Below, piece by piece: positions 56,269-64,000 of a stretch of 64,000 nt of DNA. The notes beneath the pieces were generated by a model. It did not search any database, had not been told where the DNA came from, and saw only the letters and a list, made by a program, of their open reading frames with translations. A program made the translations under genes and the position numbers. Origin of the DNA: Anaerolineales bacterium (lineage in GTDB: Bacteria > Chloroflexota > Anaerolineae > Anaerolineales > E44-bin32). The stretch lies in assembly GCA_034430595.1 (NCBI GenBank), contig DAOUEL010000078.1, positions 285,013 to 349,012 of the forward strand, given 5' to 3'. The number at the start of each line of letters is the position of its first letter. Position 1 is the stretch's first letter.

Positions 56269-57306
56269 ATGGGTACAATGAGCGACATGACTTGGGACAT
56301 GATTGGCCATGAGTGGGCGGTTGATCTGCTGTGCGAGCATATCCGCCGCTCGCGAATCCAGCATGCCTACTTGATTACCGGTGCAGATGGCTTAGGCAAA
56401 CGCACTCTTGGGCTTCGGTTGACACAGGCGCTGTGCTGCACGAATCCACCAGAAATAGGAGAGCGTTGCGGGGAGTGCCGGGCATGCCGGCTGATCCAAT
56501 CTGGTGAGTACCCGGACCTTCATGTTATTCAATCCGAAACGATCGGTGGCCAACTGAAGGTTGAGCAGATTCGTGAGCTCTCGCGCCAGCTTGCCCTTGC
56601 CCCCTTTGAGGGCAAGTTGCGTGTTGCCCTTCTGCTCCGCTTCCACGAGGCGAACGAGAATGCCGCAAATGCTCTTCTGAAAACACTGGAAGAACCCGCG
56701 TCGCAGGTCGTCCTCATTCTAACTGCACGATCAAAGGAAGCGCTGCTGCCAACCATTGTCTCACGCTGTGAGGTCATCCCACTGCGACAGGTGAGCGAGA
56801 CGGAAGTTCAGACTGCATTGCAGGATCGAGGCGCCACAGCGCAGAATGCCAGCCTGTTTGCGAGCCTGGCCGATGGGCGGCCGGGATGGGCTATCCGTCA
56901 TTTCGAAGACCAGACTATGCTTGACCGCAGAGCGCAGCTCCTGGATGAGTTAATGGAGCTTGTCCAGAGCACCCGGGCCGGACGCTTTCAGTATCTTGAA
57001 GCGATGCTTGAGAAGAAGGACACCGAGGCACAGCGCCAGGCTGCCCTGGAAGCCCTGGATCATTGGTCAAGCCTGTGGCGGGACGCCATGCTCAGCAGCT
57101 TCCATGCAGACAAGGTCAATCTGCGTAATATCGACCGGGTAGATGATATTCGGCGGCTGGCGGGGGAACTCGAAACGCCGGTAATTACCCATGTTCTACA
57201 GGAAGCGGAGGCAACCCGGGCGGCTATCGAGCGCAATGTCAATGTCCGGCTGGCGCTTGAAACCTGGCTCCTGGATGTCCCGAAATTGGGATCAGAAGTG
57301 GGGTGA
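56269..57306 (+). CDS. holB: DNA polymerase III subunit delta prime
   Basis: HAYLITGADGLGKRTL, a zinc-module-like CGECRACR and NALLKTLEEP. In-frame ATGs lie at 56269, 56278, 56287 and 56299. A TACAAT at 56274-56279 would fit a leaderless start at 56287 (MTWDMIGHEW). Confidence 0.9.
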   Translation: MGTMSDMTWDMIGHEWAVDLLCEHIRRSRIQHAYLITGADGLGKRTLGLRLTQALCCTNPPEIGERCGECRACRLIQSGEYPDLHVIQSETIGGQLKVEQIRELSRQLALAPFEGKLRVALLLRFHEANENAANALLKTLEEPASQVVLILTARSKEALLPTIVSRCEVIPLRQVSETEVQTALQDRGATAQNASLFASLADGRPGWAIRHFEDQTMLDRRAQLLDELMELVQSTRAGRFQYLEAMLEKKDTEAQRQAALEALDHWSSLWRDAMLSSFHADKVNLRNIDRVDDIRRLAGELETPVITHVLQEAEATRAAIERNVNVRLALETWLLDVPKLGSEVG

Positions 57307-57371
57307 ACCCGGCAAGACCTAACCTGCCGTTATGCACTATCCTGCGGTGGGTTATTGCGAGTGTAGCATTC

Positions 57372-57395
57372 CCGCCGGAGATTCGAACCCAGCGG
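57372..57395. terminator. hairpin between convergent holB and spoVS (possible terminator, no T-run)
   Basis: CCGCCGG-N10-CCAGCGG, 7 bp with one G-U/mismatch position. Confidence 0.35.
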
Positions 57396-57404
57396 GGTTT
57401 GTGC

Positions 57405-57665
57405 TTACCGAGGCTCAACGACTAGTTTGATTGCGGTGCGCTCCTTACCGCTGATGTCGACGGAGGTGAACTCGGGCAGGCAGACAACTTCTATTCCATC
57501 CTCCTGCAGATATCCCCGGGCGATGGCGACAGCTTTGACAGCCTGGTTGACCGCCCCGGCACCGATTGCTTGCACCTCCGCACGTCCATGTTCGCGAACG
57601 ACTCCGGCAACCGCGCCGGCGACAGCCGAAGTGCGCGATTCGGACGAGACCTTGATGACGTTCAT
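57405..57665 (-). CDS. spoVS: SpoVS-family protein
   Basis: MNVIKVSSESRTSAVAGAVAGVVREHGRAEVQAIGAGAVNQAVKAVAIARGY...ERTAIKLVVEPR is colinear with the 86-aa SpoVS. Start at the ATG at 57665 behind a GGAG SD. Confidence 0.9.
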   Translation of the reverse strand: MNVIKVSSESRTSAVAGAVAGVVREHGRAEVQAIGAGAVNQAVKAVAIARGYLQEDGIEVVCLPEFTSVDISGKERTAIKLVVEPR

Positions 57666-57901
57666 CGGGCTCACTCCAATGGCGGCGAGAATGTCGAGCA
57701 CCGACATTCGACGCGAACACCTCGATTGTACAGGAACGGTGGTGTGCGGGCAAACAATGGCTCACATCGTTTCCTTCAAATTGGTGTTATAAAGCTAGGA
57801 AGGAAAAGGGACGAGAAGCGCGTGATATGCTCTGAACACGCTTTGACAGCCCGAATCGTTCCACAAATATTCCACATCCGAGTTACCTGGGAGGTTTTTT
57901 C

Positions 57902-58228
57902 ATGGAAGAGCAGCCACAGATCAGCAGTGACGATAAGTTATGGGCGGCGATCGGTTATCCCATTCCAATTCTTCCGCTCATCGTTCTTCTTTCTGAAGAG
58001 AAGAAGAATGTCCCGTTCCTGCGCTACCACGCGGTTCAATCGATCATGCTGAACGTTGCAATCTGGATTGTGATTGCGGTGATCGTACCTTTAACCCTCG
58101 GAATCGGCGCTATTTGTGCGCCGCTGCTCTGGTTGGTGACGCTTTGGCCCGCGTACGATTCGTACCAGGGTCATTACACCGAGCTGCCGGTTCTCACGAA
58201 ATTCATGAAGAATCAAGGCTGGGCATAG
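57902..58228 (+). CDS. DUF4870-like small membrane protein
   Basis: 108 aa with DKLWAAIGY...LRYHAVQSIMLN and three TM helices. Confidence 0.7.
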   Translation: MEEQPQISSDDKLWAAIGYPIPILPLIVLLSEEKKNVPFLRYHAVQSIMLNVAIWIVIAVIVPLTLGIGAICAPLLWLVTLWPAYDSYQGHYTELPVLTKFMKNQGWA

Positions 58229-58244
58229 GAAACAACCCTCTAGG

Positions 58245-58272
58245 AGCAGGCCCGCCGATAGGCGGGCTTGCT
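58245..58272. terminator. hairpin between convergent genes
   Basis: GCCCGCC-GATA-GGCGGGC core, extended by AGCAG/CTTGCT with one wobble. Confidence 0.5.
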
Positions 58273-58348
58273 CTGCATTCTGGCAGTACGTTCGGAAAAC
58301 CGGTTGCGATCGGGCGCTGCTTGCCAGCGCTTCTCGATCTGCAGCTGC

Positions 58349-59053
58349 TCAGCTTTGAGCTGTACTTCCGTTTACGCGGGCAACCTCCTCCGCTTCAAAC
58401 ACAACCTCCTCCTTTCCCGCTAGTTTCTCGTCGACCTTGCCCACAATCAGATCAAGATGGCTGCCGTAGGCGACGTAATCCAGGTCGTCGGCTGGCACGG
58501 TAAGGATCGGGCACAGTTTGAAGTTCTCAGTCCAGGCGTTATAGAGCTCATTCAGCCGCTGAAGATAGTCTGGCTGGATCTGGCGCTCGTAATCGCGCCC
58601 GCGCTGTTCGATCCTTCCCTGCAGTGTATTGACCGATGCCCGCAGGTAGATTACAAGATCCGGTGGCGGCAGGAAGCGCGTCAGCACCTGGTAGAGCTCG
58701 CGATAGGTGTTGTAGTCACGATCAGCCATATGGCCCTGGAGATAGAGATTATGAGCGAAGATTTCGGCGTCTTCATAGACGCTGCGGTCCTGGATCGCCG
58801 AAGTGGGATGATCAAGGAGTTGGCGGTGGGAGAGCAGCCGGCGAGTGAGAAAGAAAATCTGGGAATGGAAGGACCAGGCCGTCATATCCCCGTAGAAATC
58901 GGCCAGGTAGGGATTCTCTCCAACAGGCTCATAGAATGGAGCCCAACCCAGCCGCTTCGCTAACAGGTCGACCAGCGTGGATTTTCCGACGCCGATATTG
59001 CCGGCAACCGCCACAAAGTGCTTAACGGTGTCGCCTTTTATCCTATCGCTCAT
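58349..59053 (-). CDS. deoxynucleoside kinase
   Basis: VAVAGNIGVGKSTLVDLL P-loop, FYEPV..NPYL..FY, and the ERGRDYE and FLTR motifs of the dNK/dCK/dGK family. Confidence 0.9.
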   Translation of the reverse strand: MSDRIKGDTVKHFVAVAGNIGVGKSTLVDLLAKRLGWAPFYEPVGENPYLADFYGDMTAWSFHSQIFFLTRRLLSHRQLLDHPTSAIQDRSVYEDAEIFAHNLYLQGHMADRDYNTYRELYQVLTRFLPPPDLVIYLRASVNTLQGRIEQRGRDYERQIQPDYLQRLNELYNAWTENFKLCPILTVPADDLDYVAYGSHLDLIVGKVDEKLAGKEEVVFEAEEVARVNGSTAQS

Positions 59054-60042
59054 GCCCCATGCCTCTCAGCCCAGTGTTCGATCCAGCGCTGGTTCTTTTC
59101 AAGGAATTCCATAAGTTGATCCTGACGATGCGCATGCCATTCGGATGAAAGCCGCAATTCATCCAGCAGTGATTCCCAGGCTGGCTTGAATTCGGGCTCT
59201 ATGCCCAGCGATTCGAGCGTGTGGATTGACGTTTCCCAGGTTCTCAACAAATGCCAGATGAGAGCCTGTGTCTGGTGTTCCTCAGCCAGCACCTGAAAAG
59301 CGGAAAGGTAGTACTCCCGGCGTGGCGGGGTAAGCAGAGCGTGGTGATCATGCTGTGCTGCAGCATCAAAGGCCCGGGCCCAGGAAGATAGCAGCTCAGG
59401 TGTTGACCAAGACTGGAGCGCTCCAGCGCCGAGCAGACTAAGAAAGTTATCGGCCAGATGTTCGCATTCTAATTCGCGCGCCGCAGCCTCCAGCTCGAGT
59501 ATGACCCGCCGTCCGGCAACCGGAAAGCCTGTCAGGCAGGCGACCGAGTTAGCGGCTTCCATGACCGCCTTTAAGTAGATTTTTATCCAGCGTCCGGTGA
59601 CAGGCAGGATTGAACTCGCGCTCCGAGCCTGGCGTAGAAAGCCCTGCGCCCGAGCGTACATGTGGTCGGCGCGAAAGAACTGGCCTCGTGCACCTGCCTG
59701 TGCCCATTCAAAAAAGTGTTCGGGGTCAAAGAGGAAGATCGGTTCGCACATCGCTGGTCCAATCCAGCGGTGAATGCGCAGCTCACTTGGGCGGGAGTAG
59801 AGCTCACGGTCGTGATGGGCGATATCGAGATGCACTTCAGGAGAAAGATGGACGACTTCACGCTTGGCGGCAGGTTTATGGTCGTGGATCAACACCAGGT
59901 CAATGTCTGCTGTTCCTCCGATCTGCGGCTCACCCCTCGCCACGCTGCCGATCAGGTATCCGGAGACAATATCAGCCTCCGCCGCACGCCGCTCGGTCTC
60001 GCGTTTGCCCAGGTCGATCAAGAGCTGGCGTTCGATCTTCAC
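59050..60042 (-). CDS. Pol-beta-superfamily nucleotidyltransferase with a helical C-terminal domain of about 220 aa
   Basis: GSVARGEPQIGGTADIDLVLI (GS...DxD) plus a downstream HLDIAHH. GTG start overlaps the upstream kinase stop (GTGA). Its stop overlaps the downstream kinase start (ATGA). Confidence 0.75.
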   Translation of the reverse strand: MKIERQLLIDLGKRETERRAAEADIVSGYLIGSVARGEPQIGGTADIDLVLIHDHKPAAKREVVHLSPEVHLDIAHHDRELYSRPSELRIHRWIGPAMCEPIFLFDPEHFFEWAQAGARGQFFRADHMYARAQGFLRQARSASSILPVTGRWIKIYLKAVMEAANSVACLTGFPVAGRRVILELEAAARELECEHLADNFLSLLGAGALQSWSTPELLSSWARAFDAAAQHDHHALLTPPRREYYLSAFQVLAEEHQTQALIWHLLRTWETSIHTLESLGIEPEFKPAWESLLDELRLSSEWHAHRQDQLMEFLEKNQRWIEHWAERHGA

Positions 60043-60767
60043 CTGTGTACTTCTTTATCCATCGGAAAAGTCGATTGGTATGGCGGGATCCCAAGGACAG
60101 CCCTCACGCGCTGGACGATGTGCGCCAGATCTTCGGGCCGTGCGACGAAATCTAGCTGGTTGCTGTCGATCGTCAGGACCTTTTCTGGATCTCGGTCGCC
60201 GAAGAAACCTTCGTAAGCCCTGTTCACTTGGTCGATATATTCGCGATCCATATTGCGCTCGTAAGACCGGTCCCGGGTCGCAATTCGCTGCATGGCGATG
60301 TCCGTATCCACCCGCAGGTAGATGATCAAATCCGGGCGGTGGATGCGTTCAGCCAGCGCTTCATGGACCTGGGTGTAAGTTTCGAGCTCGTCATTCTGGA
60401 GATTAAGCCGAGCGAAGAGCGCATCTTTCTCAAAGGTGTAGTCAGCGATCAGGTTTCCAATTGCGAGGGCATCAGGGATGGTTTCACACTGCTGGCGATA
60501 GCGGCTGAGCAGGAAGAAAATCTGGGTTTGAAACGCGTACCGCTCCCGATCGCTGTAGAAATTACTCAGGAAGGGATTTTCCTCGAAGACTTCGAGGACG
60601 AGCCGGGCCTCGAACTCAGGCGCAAGCAGACGAGCGAGTGATGTTTTCCCGACACCGATCACACCTTCGATCGCCAGATACATAAGGTTAACCTGCCGTT
60701 GGTTGGATTGCAGTGCTGGATGCCAAGCATACCCAGAGTGGCGGTAGTGCGCAACTTTGAACCCCAT
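60039..60767 (-). CDS. deoxynucleoside kinase (second paralog)
   Basis: LAIEGVIGVGKTSLARLL P-loop, ENPFLSNFY and the RDRSYE motif. The true start may be the ATG at 60683 (MYLAIEG...). Confidence 0.88.
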   Translation of the reverse strand: MGFKVAHYRHSGYAWHPALQSNQRQVNLMYLAIEGVIGVGKTSLARLLAPEFEARLVLEVFEENPFLSNFYSDRERYAFQTQIFFLLSRYRQQCETIPDALAIGNLIADYTFEKDALFARLNLQNDELETYTQVHEALAERIHRPDLIIYLRVDTDIAMQRIATRDRSYERNMDREYIDQVNRAYEGFFGDRDPEKVLTIDSNQLDFVARPEDLAHIVQRVRAVLGIPPYQSTFPMDKEVHR

Positions 60768-60775
60768 CTGTCGCT

Positions 60776-61606
60776 TCAGGGTTCGAAACGGAATTGAAGA
60801 CAGTAATGATGGTGGATGTTGCTGACCCAGGCACTGCCCATGCCGTAAGGGGCAAGTGGAATGTTGTCCTGGATCCAGATTCGCTCATCTTTGAGCGTAA
60901 ATATACCATCCAGGCGACGTGCAAGATCCCAGGCGAGGGGATAGATCCGGCCCCCCTTCTTAACGTTCTTTACAATGATCGTCAGATAGGCACTCGGCCG
61001 TAGATGAGGACGCAAACCAGCGTAGATGAAGACAAGCCGATCAAGGAATTCATCGTAATCGCGAATGTTGCCGAGATCAGCAGGATTTTCGGAGTAGGTC
61101 ACGTCCAGTTCTGACTCGGCCCGCCGCCGGCGCTGGGTCTCGGCCCCGCGTGCATGGAGCATATCCCAGTATGGTGGTGAGGTAATGACGTAGTCGATTC
61201 TCGGCAGGTCGATCAACTCGATCTGCGCGGCATCAGCCTGACGCACCTCGATCTGCAGGTTTTCAGCTTGCTCCCCAAGAGCAGAACGTTCGAGCTTGAC
61301 CAATTCGGATGCAATCGAGGCATATGCAAGGTTGAGCTCGATCCCGATCCCATGACGGCCGCTGCGCATGCAGGCGATCAACGTAGATCCTGTGCCGACC
61401 ATCGGATCGAGCACGAATTCACCGCGCTTGGTGAAGAACTCGATAAACTCCTGGGCTAACGTTTCAGGAAATTTCGCCGGGTGGCGCAGCACGTCCTTGC
61501 GCCGCGGTGGTGGATTGTGCGCAAACCATGATTTCTGGAACTTGATCCACTCCTTCGGGGAGAGATCGTTAAGACGGTTACGGAAGGGACGCTTCTTCTT
61601 GGTCAT
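60776..61606 (-). CDS. N4/N6-type DNA methyltransferase (SPPY motif), no adjacent restriction gene
   Basis: HPAKFPETLAQEFIEFFTKRGEFVLDPMVGTGSTL (AdoMet motif, about aa 42-75) precedes ITSPPYWD (catalytic motif, about aa 141-148). Confidence 0.85.
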   Translation of the reverse strand: MTKKKRPFRNRLNDLSPKEWIKFQKSWFAHNPPPRRKDVLRHPAKFPETLAQEFIEFFTKRGEFVLDPMVGTGSTLIACMRSGRHGIGIELNLAYASIASELVKLERSALGEQAENLQIEVRQADAAQIELIDLPRIDYVITSPPYWDMLHARGAETQRRRRAESELDVTYSENPADLGNIRDYDEFLDRLVFIYAGLRPHLRPSAYLTIIVKNVKKGGRIYPLAWDLARRLDGIFTLKDERIWIQDNIPLAPYGMGSAWVSNIHHHYCLQFRFEP

Positions 61607-62433
61607 CAGGACGGTGGGGCGGCGGTTGCTGTAGGTGCCGGACTTGAGGGGCGGAGTATGAATTCATCGAACAACGCAGTGGTCTGGCCTGATTGGCGGG
61701 TGCGAACGAACAACCCCGTGCCTCCGGTTTGCAGAACCCGATCATGGGCGCTGAGGACTTCGCTGCCATTGATGAAGAGCTTGAAATTTTCACCTTCGAA
61801 TAATACTCCCAGGTGGTTATCAACCAGCAGCCCGGGGAAGACTGAATTCGTAGTTGTATTTGGAATGAGTACGTGTTCCCCATCGACGGTGATACGGGAA
61901 AGGCGCGCTTCGCCCGTACAGTTCAAAGAAAAGCGGTAATACTCTCCCTGCCCGTTGGCACGAAAAACAAGGCCGTATTCGTCATTGCCCGAGCACAATA
62001 CCGCCTGTGCGGCAACTTCGAGGTAGCCATTCTGGGTCCAATCTGCCGGGCTGCTGGCGATGGCGATCGAGAATGGTTCACGCACGGATAGGCTGTAGCG
62101 GCCATCGATCAACCCCGCGCCGCCAGCACCGAAGATTTGAAACTGCCAGCCGCGATCGCTGGAAAAGTTATCATCGAAGATAGCTGATCCCAACCCGGCC
62201 ATAATGTCGACCGTGGCCGTAGGCGATGGCGGCGGCGTGAAGGTCACGCTTGGAACGAGTGTCGGGAAATCAAAGGTCGGTGTGGCCGCTGGTGGGGTCG
62301 CGCTGGGGGATGGCAGGGGTGGTGGAGAGCTTGCCAGGCAGGAGGCCAGCAGCAGCGGCAGCAGAATGGCCGCCTGTTTAACTCGCTTGAGAGCTGATCG
62401 AGACCAGGAAGTAAACCGAGTACGGTGAGTCAT
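61606..62433 (-). CDS. lipoprotein with Pro/Thr/Ser linker and a beta-sandwich (concanavalin/LamG-like) domain, paralog 1
   Basis: Lipobox LLLASC, then a PPPLPSPSATPPAATP linker. The domain shows EYGLVFRAN...FSLNCTGEARL...FDEFIL. Its stop overlaps the methyltransferase ATG by 1 nt. The ATG at 62433 was chosen over the TTG at 62502. Confidence 0.75.
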   Translation of the reverse strand: MTHRTRFTSWSRSALKRVKQAAILLPLLLASCLASSPPPLPSPSATPPAATPTFDFPTLVPSVTFTPPPSPTATVDIMAGLGSAIFDDNFSSDRGWQFQIFGAGGAGLIDGRYSLSVREPFSIAIASSPADWTQNGYLEVAAQAVLCSGNDEYGLVFRANGQGEYYRFSLNCTGEARLSRITVDGEHVLIPNTTTNSVFPGLLVDNHLGVLFEGENFKLFINGSEVLSAHDRVLQTGGTGLFVRTRQSGQTTALFDEFILRPSSPAPTATAAPPS

Positions 62434-62541
62434 GCTTCTGATGTGCCGCCTGCTGGATGCCGGGTCCGTTTCGATGCTAACCCGAAGAATACACCGGTGC
62501 AAGACGCGCTGCGAAGTGTTCAGGTGTCCTGGAGAGCCGGA

Positions 62542-63375
62542 TCAGCGGTTGACGTACCAGAGCTTGAAGTCGTCGAAGAAGACCGTCAGCCCGGGTGTAC
62601 TGGCAGCGTTGGCATACAGCCCGTAATTTCCGCTGTAGAAACTCGTGTCTTCCACAGTAGCCAGCAAGCCCCCGTTGGCGAAGGCGGAAAGTTCACTGCC
62701 AAAAGCCTGGAAGCCCATCACATTTGTCGCCTGCGAGCCTGAGTGAATCGCACCGGCAGGGGTCCAATCCTGAAGTACGACTAGCGCACCGCCGATCAGT
62801 TTGCGAATGCGGAAGGCTCCGTCGCAGGAAAATTCAAGCAGGTAGCCGCTGTTGCGTTGATCAGGCTCAACCCGCAGCGCCAGGCCGTACGCATCCTTGC
62901 CAACGCAGTCCTCGGACTCGACGGTCACCTCGACATAAATATTGCCGGCGTCGATGTCAGGGATGGTTGTGCTCCACCACAGGTAGGTATCGGCCAGGTA
63001 ATCTATTGCCCGCAGGCGGCCGTCGGACCAGACATTGGAGGCTCCTTCAAAATTTGGTCCGACCCAGGTCAGGTTGGAGTTGAAGGCATCGAGGTAATTA
63101 GGCGCGGCCAGATTAAGTCCGTAGCGCGGGTCCTCTGGATCGAGCTCAGGAGCCGGTGGCGCTTCGGTTGGCCCGGGCGTGCCGGTCTCCGTCGCGGTGG
63201 CGCTGGGCGTGATGAGCGGTGTCGCGCTGGGTGGACGGGTGGCGCTGGGGAGCAGCGCCAGAGGAGCCGCCGTCCCCTGTGTTGCGGGAAGCGGCTCCTC
63301 AACAGGTGCTCTGCGCGTACAACCGATCAAGAAAAGCGATATGAGAAGGATTGTGGCCAGACGAATCCGAGTCAT
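62542..63375 (-). CDS. lipoprotein with Pro/Thr linker and beta-sandwich domain, paralog 2
   Basis: Lipobox LFLIGC and a PT-rich linker. The domain shows NIYVEVTVESEDCVGKDAYGLALRV...LEFSCDGAFRI...FDDFKLW. Confidence 0.8.
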   Translation of the reverse strand: MTRIRLATILLISLFLIGCTRRAPVEEPLPATQGTAAPLALLPSATRPPSATPLITPSATATETGTPGPTEAPPAPELDPEDPRYGLNLAAPNYLDAFNSNLTWVGPNFEGASNVWSDGRLRAIDYLADTYLWWSTTIPDIDAGNIYVEVTVESEDCVGKDAYGLALRVEPDQRNSGYLLEFSCDGAFRIRKLIGGALVVLQDWTPAGAIHSGSQATNVMGFQAFGSELSAFANGGLLATVEDTSFYSGNYGLYANAASTPGLTVFFDDFKLWYVNR

Positions 63376-64000
63376 GGGATGAATGGAAGATTCCAGTACG
63401 CGAAATCGTCAAAGCTCGCTGATAGAGGGTAGGTCACCTGCGACCGGACATAGATCGCGAAATAGCCGTAGCTATAGCCCTCCGGCATACCGTTGTCATA
63501 AAAGTGATCGATCATCGTGTTGTTGATGAACAGGTAAAAGTTGCCATCGTAACCCCAGATTCCGAGCCGATTGACGGCTCCCAAGCCCTGCTGGATCGCT
63601 CCGGAGGGGGTCCAGTCGATCAGCGTGGCGGTCGGCCGCCCGGCCTCGCGAAAGCGGATGAAGCGGTAGGAACCGTCGCACGACACTTCCATGCCGTACC
63701 CGCTTGGAGTTTTATCGGCTTGCACACGTAGCACCAGGCCGACCGCATCGCGTGCGGCGCAGTCCCCATTTGTAGCACTGATCTCAACATACACTCTGCC
63801 GGATTGCGCTGACGTGTACGACCAATACAGGCTTTTGTCCTCGGCGTCGAAGTCTGTGCCGATGAGCTTACCGTCCTCGATCTTGTACTCCGCTTTGCCG
63901 CTGGTTTTATCCGTTCCGTAGGTATACCAGGTCTTGGGGTCGTTGAAGTAGTCGGTGTAGAAGGGATTGGCCAGGTTGAGAATGGCGCGCGGATCATCGC
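63372..64000 (-). CDS. paralog 3 of the beta-sandwich protein (5' end outside the window)
   Basis: The frame stays open upstream of the listed GTG at 63794 to the window edge. My translation is ...DDPRAILNLANPFYTDYFNDPKTWYTYG...SGRVYVEISATNGDCAARDAVGLVLRV...MEVSCDGSYRF...FDDFAYW. ATGA overlap with paralog 2. Confidence 0.75.
   Translation of the reverse strand, partial: DDPRAILNLANPFYTDYFNDPKTWYTYGTDKTSGKAEYKIEDGKLIGTDFDAEDKSLYWSYTSAQSGRVYVEISATNGDCAARDAVGLVLRVQADKTPSGYGMEVSCDGSYRFIRFREAGRPTATLIDWTPSGAIQQGLGAVNRLGIWGYDGNFYLFINNTMIDHFYDNGMPEGYSYGYFAIYVRSQVTYPLSASFDDFAYWNLPFIP

Noticed and set aside
57372-57395. GGAGATTCGAACCC, a tRNA T-loop-like sequence on the minus strand (GGGTTCGAATCTCC) that suggests a tRNA gene.
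   Set aside because: With a 7-nt TTCGAAT loop the T-stem has a mismatch. The required acceptor and anticodon arms would fall inside the spoVS coding sequence, and no matching 5' acceptor strand is present. I treat it as a simple hairpin.
1-64000. Searched by eye for CRISPR-like regular repeats, IS/transposase or integrase genes, reverse transcriptases, rRNA and tRNA.
   Set aside because: None were found. The only repeats are gene paralogs, low-complexity Pro/Thr or acidic coding tracts, and the short motifs reported above.

Overview
Gene-dense chromosomal core region, visibly GC-rich, with about 60 protein-coding genes on both strands. I found no rRNA, tRNA, CRISPR array, transposase or integrase. 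All family calls come from reading motifs in the supplied translations; no database search was run. Gene content tentatively suggests a Chloroflexota (Anaerolineae-like) bacterium: SpoVS homolog, fused ADP-forming acetyl-CoA synthetase, multi-GAF kinases. Content by theme: (1) replication: radA, a 575-bp non-coding candidate oriC, dnaA, priA, holA, holB, rnhB. (2) proteostasis: clpB divergent from hsp20, clpC, HtrA, rhomboid, NfeD and two J-domain proteins. (3) metabolism: acnA, and an ADP-forming acetyl-CoA synthetase overlapping a stand-alone Pta-N-domain gene. (4) signalling: a roughly six-GAF histidine kinase, and a REC-GAF plus REC-GAF-PAS-kinase pair. (5) rpsA, dus, degV, a CNNM/CorC transporter and a Memo-like protein. 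Best candidates for undescribed biology: (a) an eRF1/Pelota-like protein with GSS in place of GGQ, last gene of a J-protein/HtrA cluster. (b) a translationally coupled deoxynucleoside kinase / Pol-beta nucleotidyltransferase / deoxynucleoside kinase cassette behind an orphan SPPY methyltransferase. (c) a soluble mini-FtsK ATPase with two small unknown proteins. (d) a three-gene operon of single-TM coiled-coil proteins led by a ComEA-type HhH protein. (e) three tandem paralogous lipoproteins. (f) a ChlI-like AAA+ gene with a stand-alone VWA gene and no large chelatase subunit nearby. Also seen: a frameshifted MFS transporter, a decayed paralog remnant, two perfect palindromes upstream of chaperone genes, a G8/G-quadruplex-type tract, and many clean intrinsic terminators.
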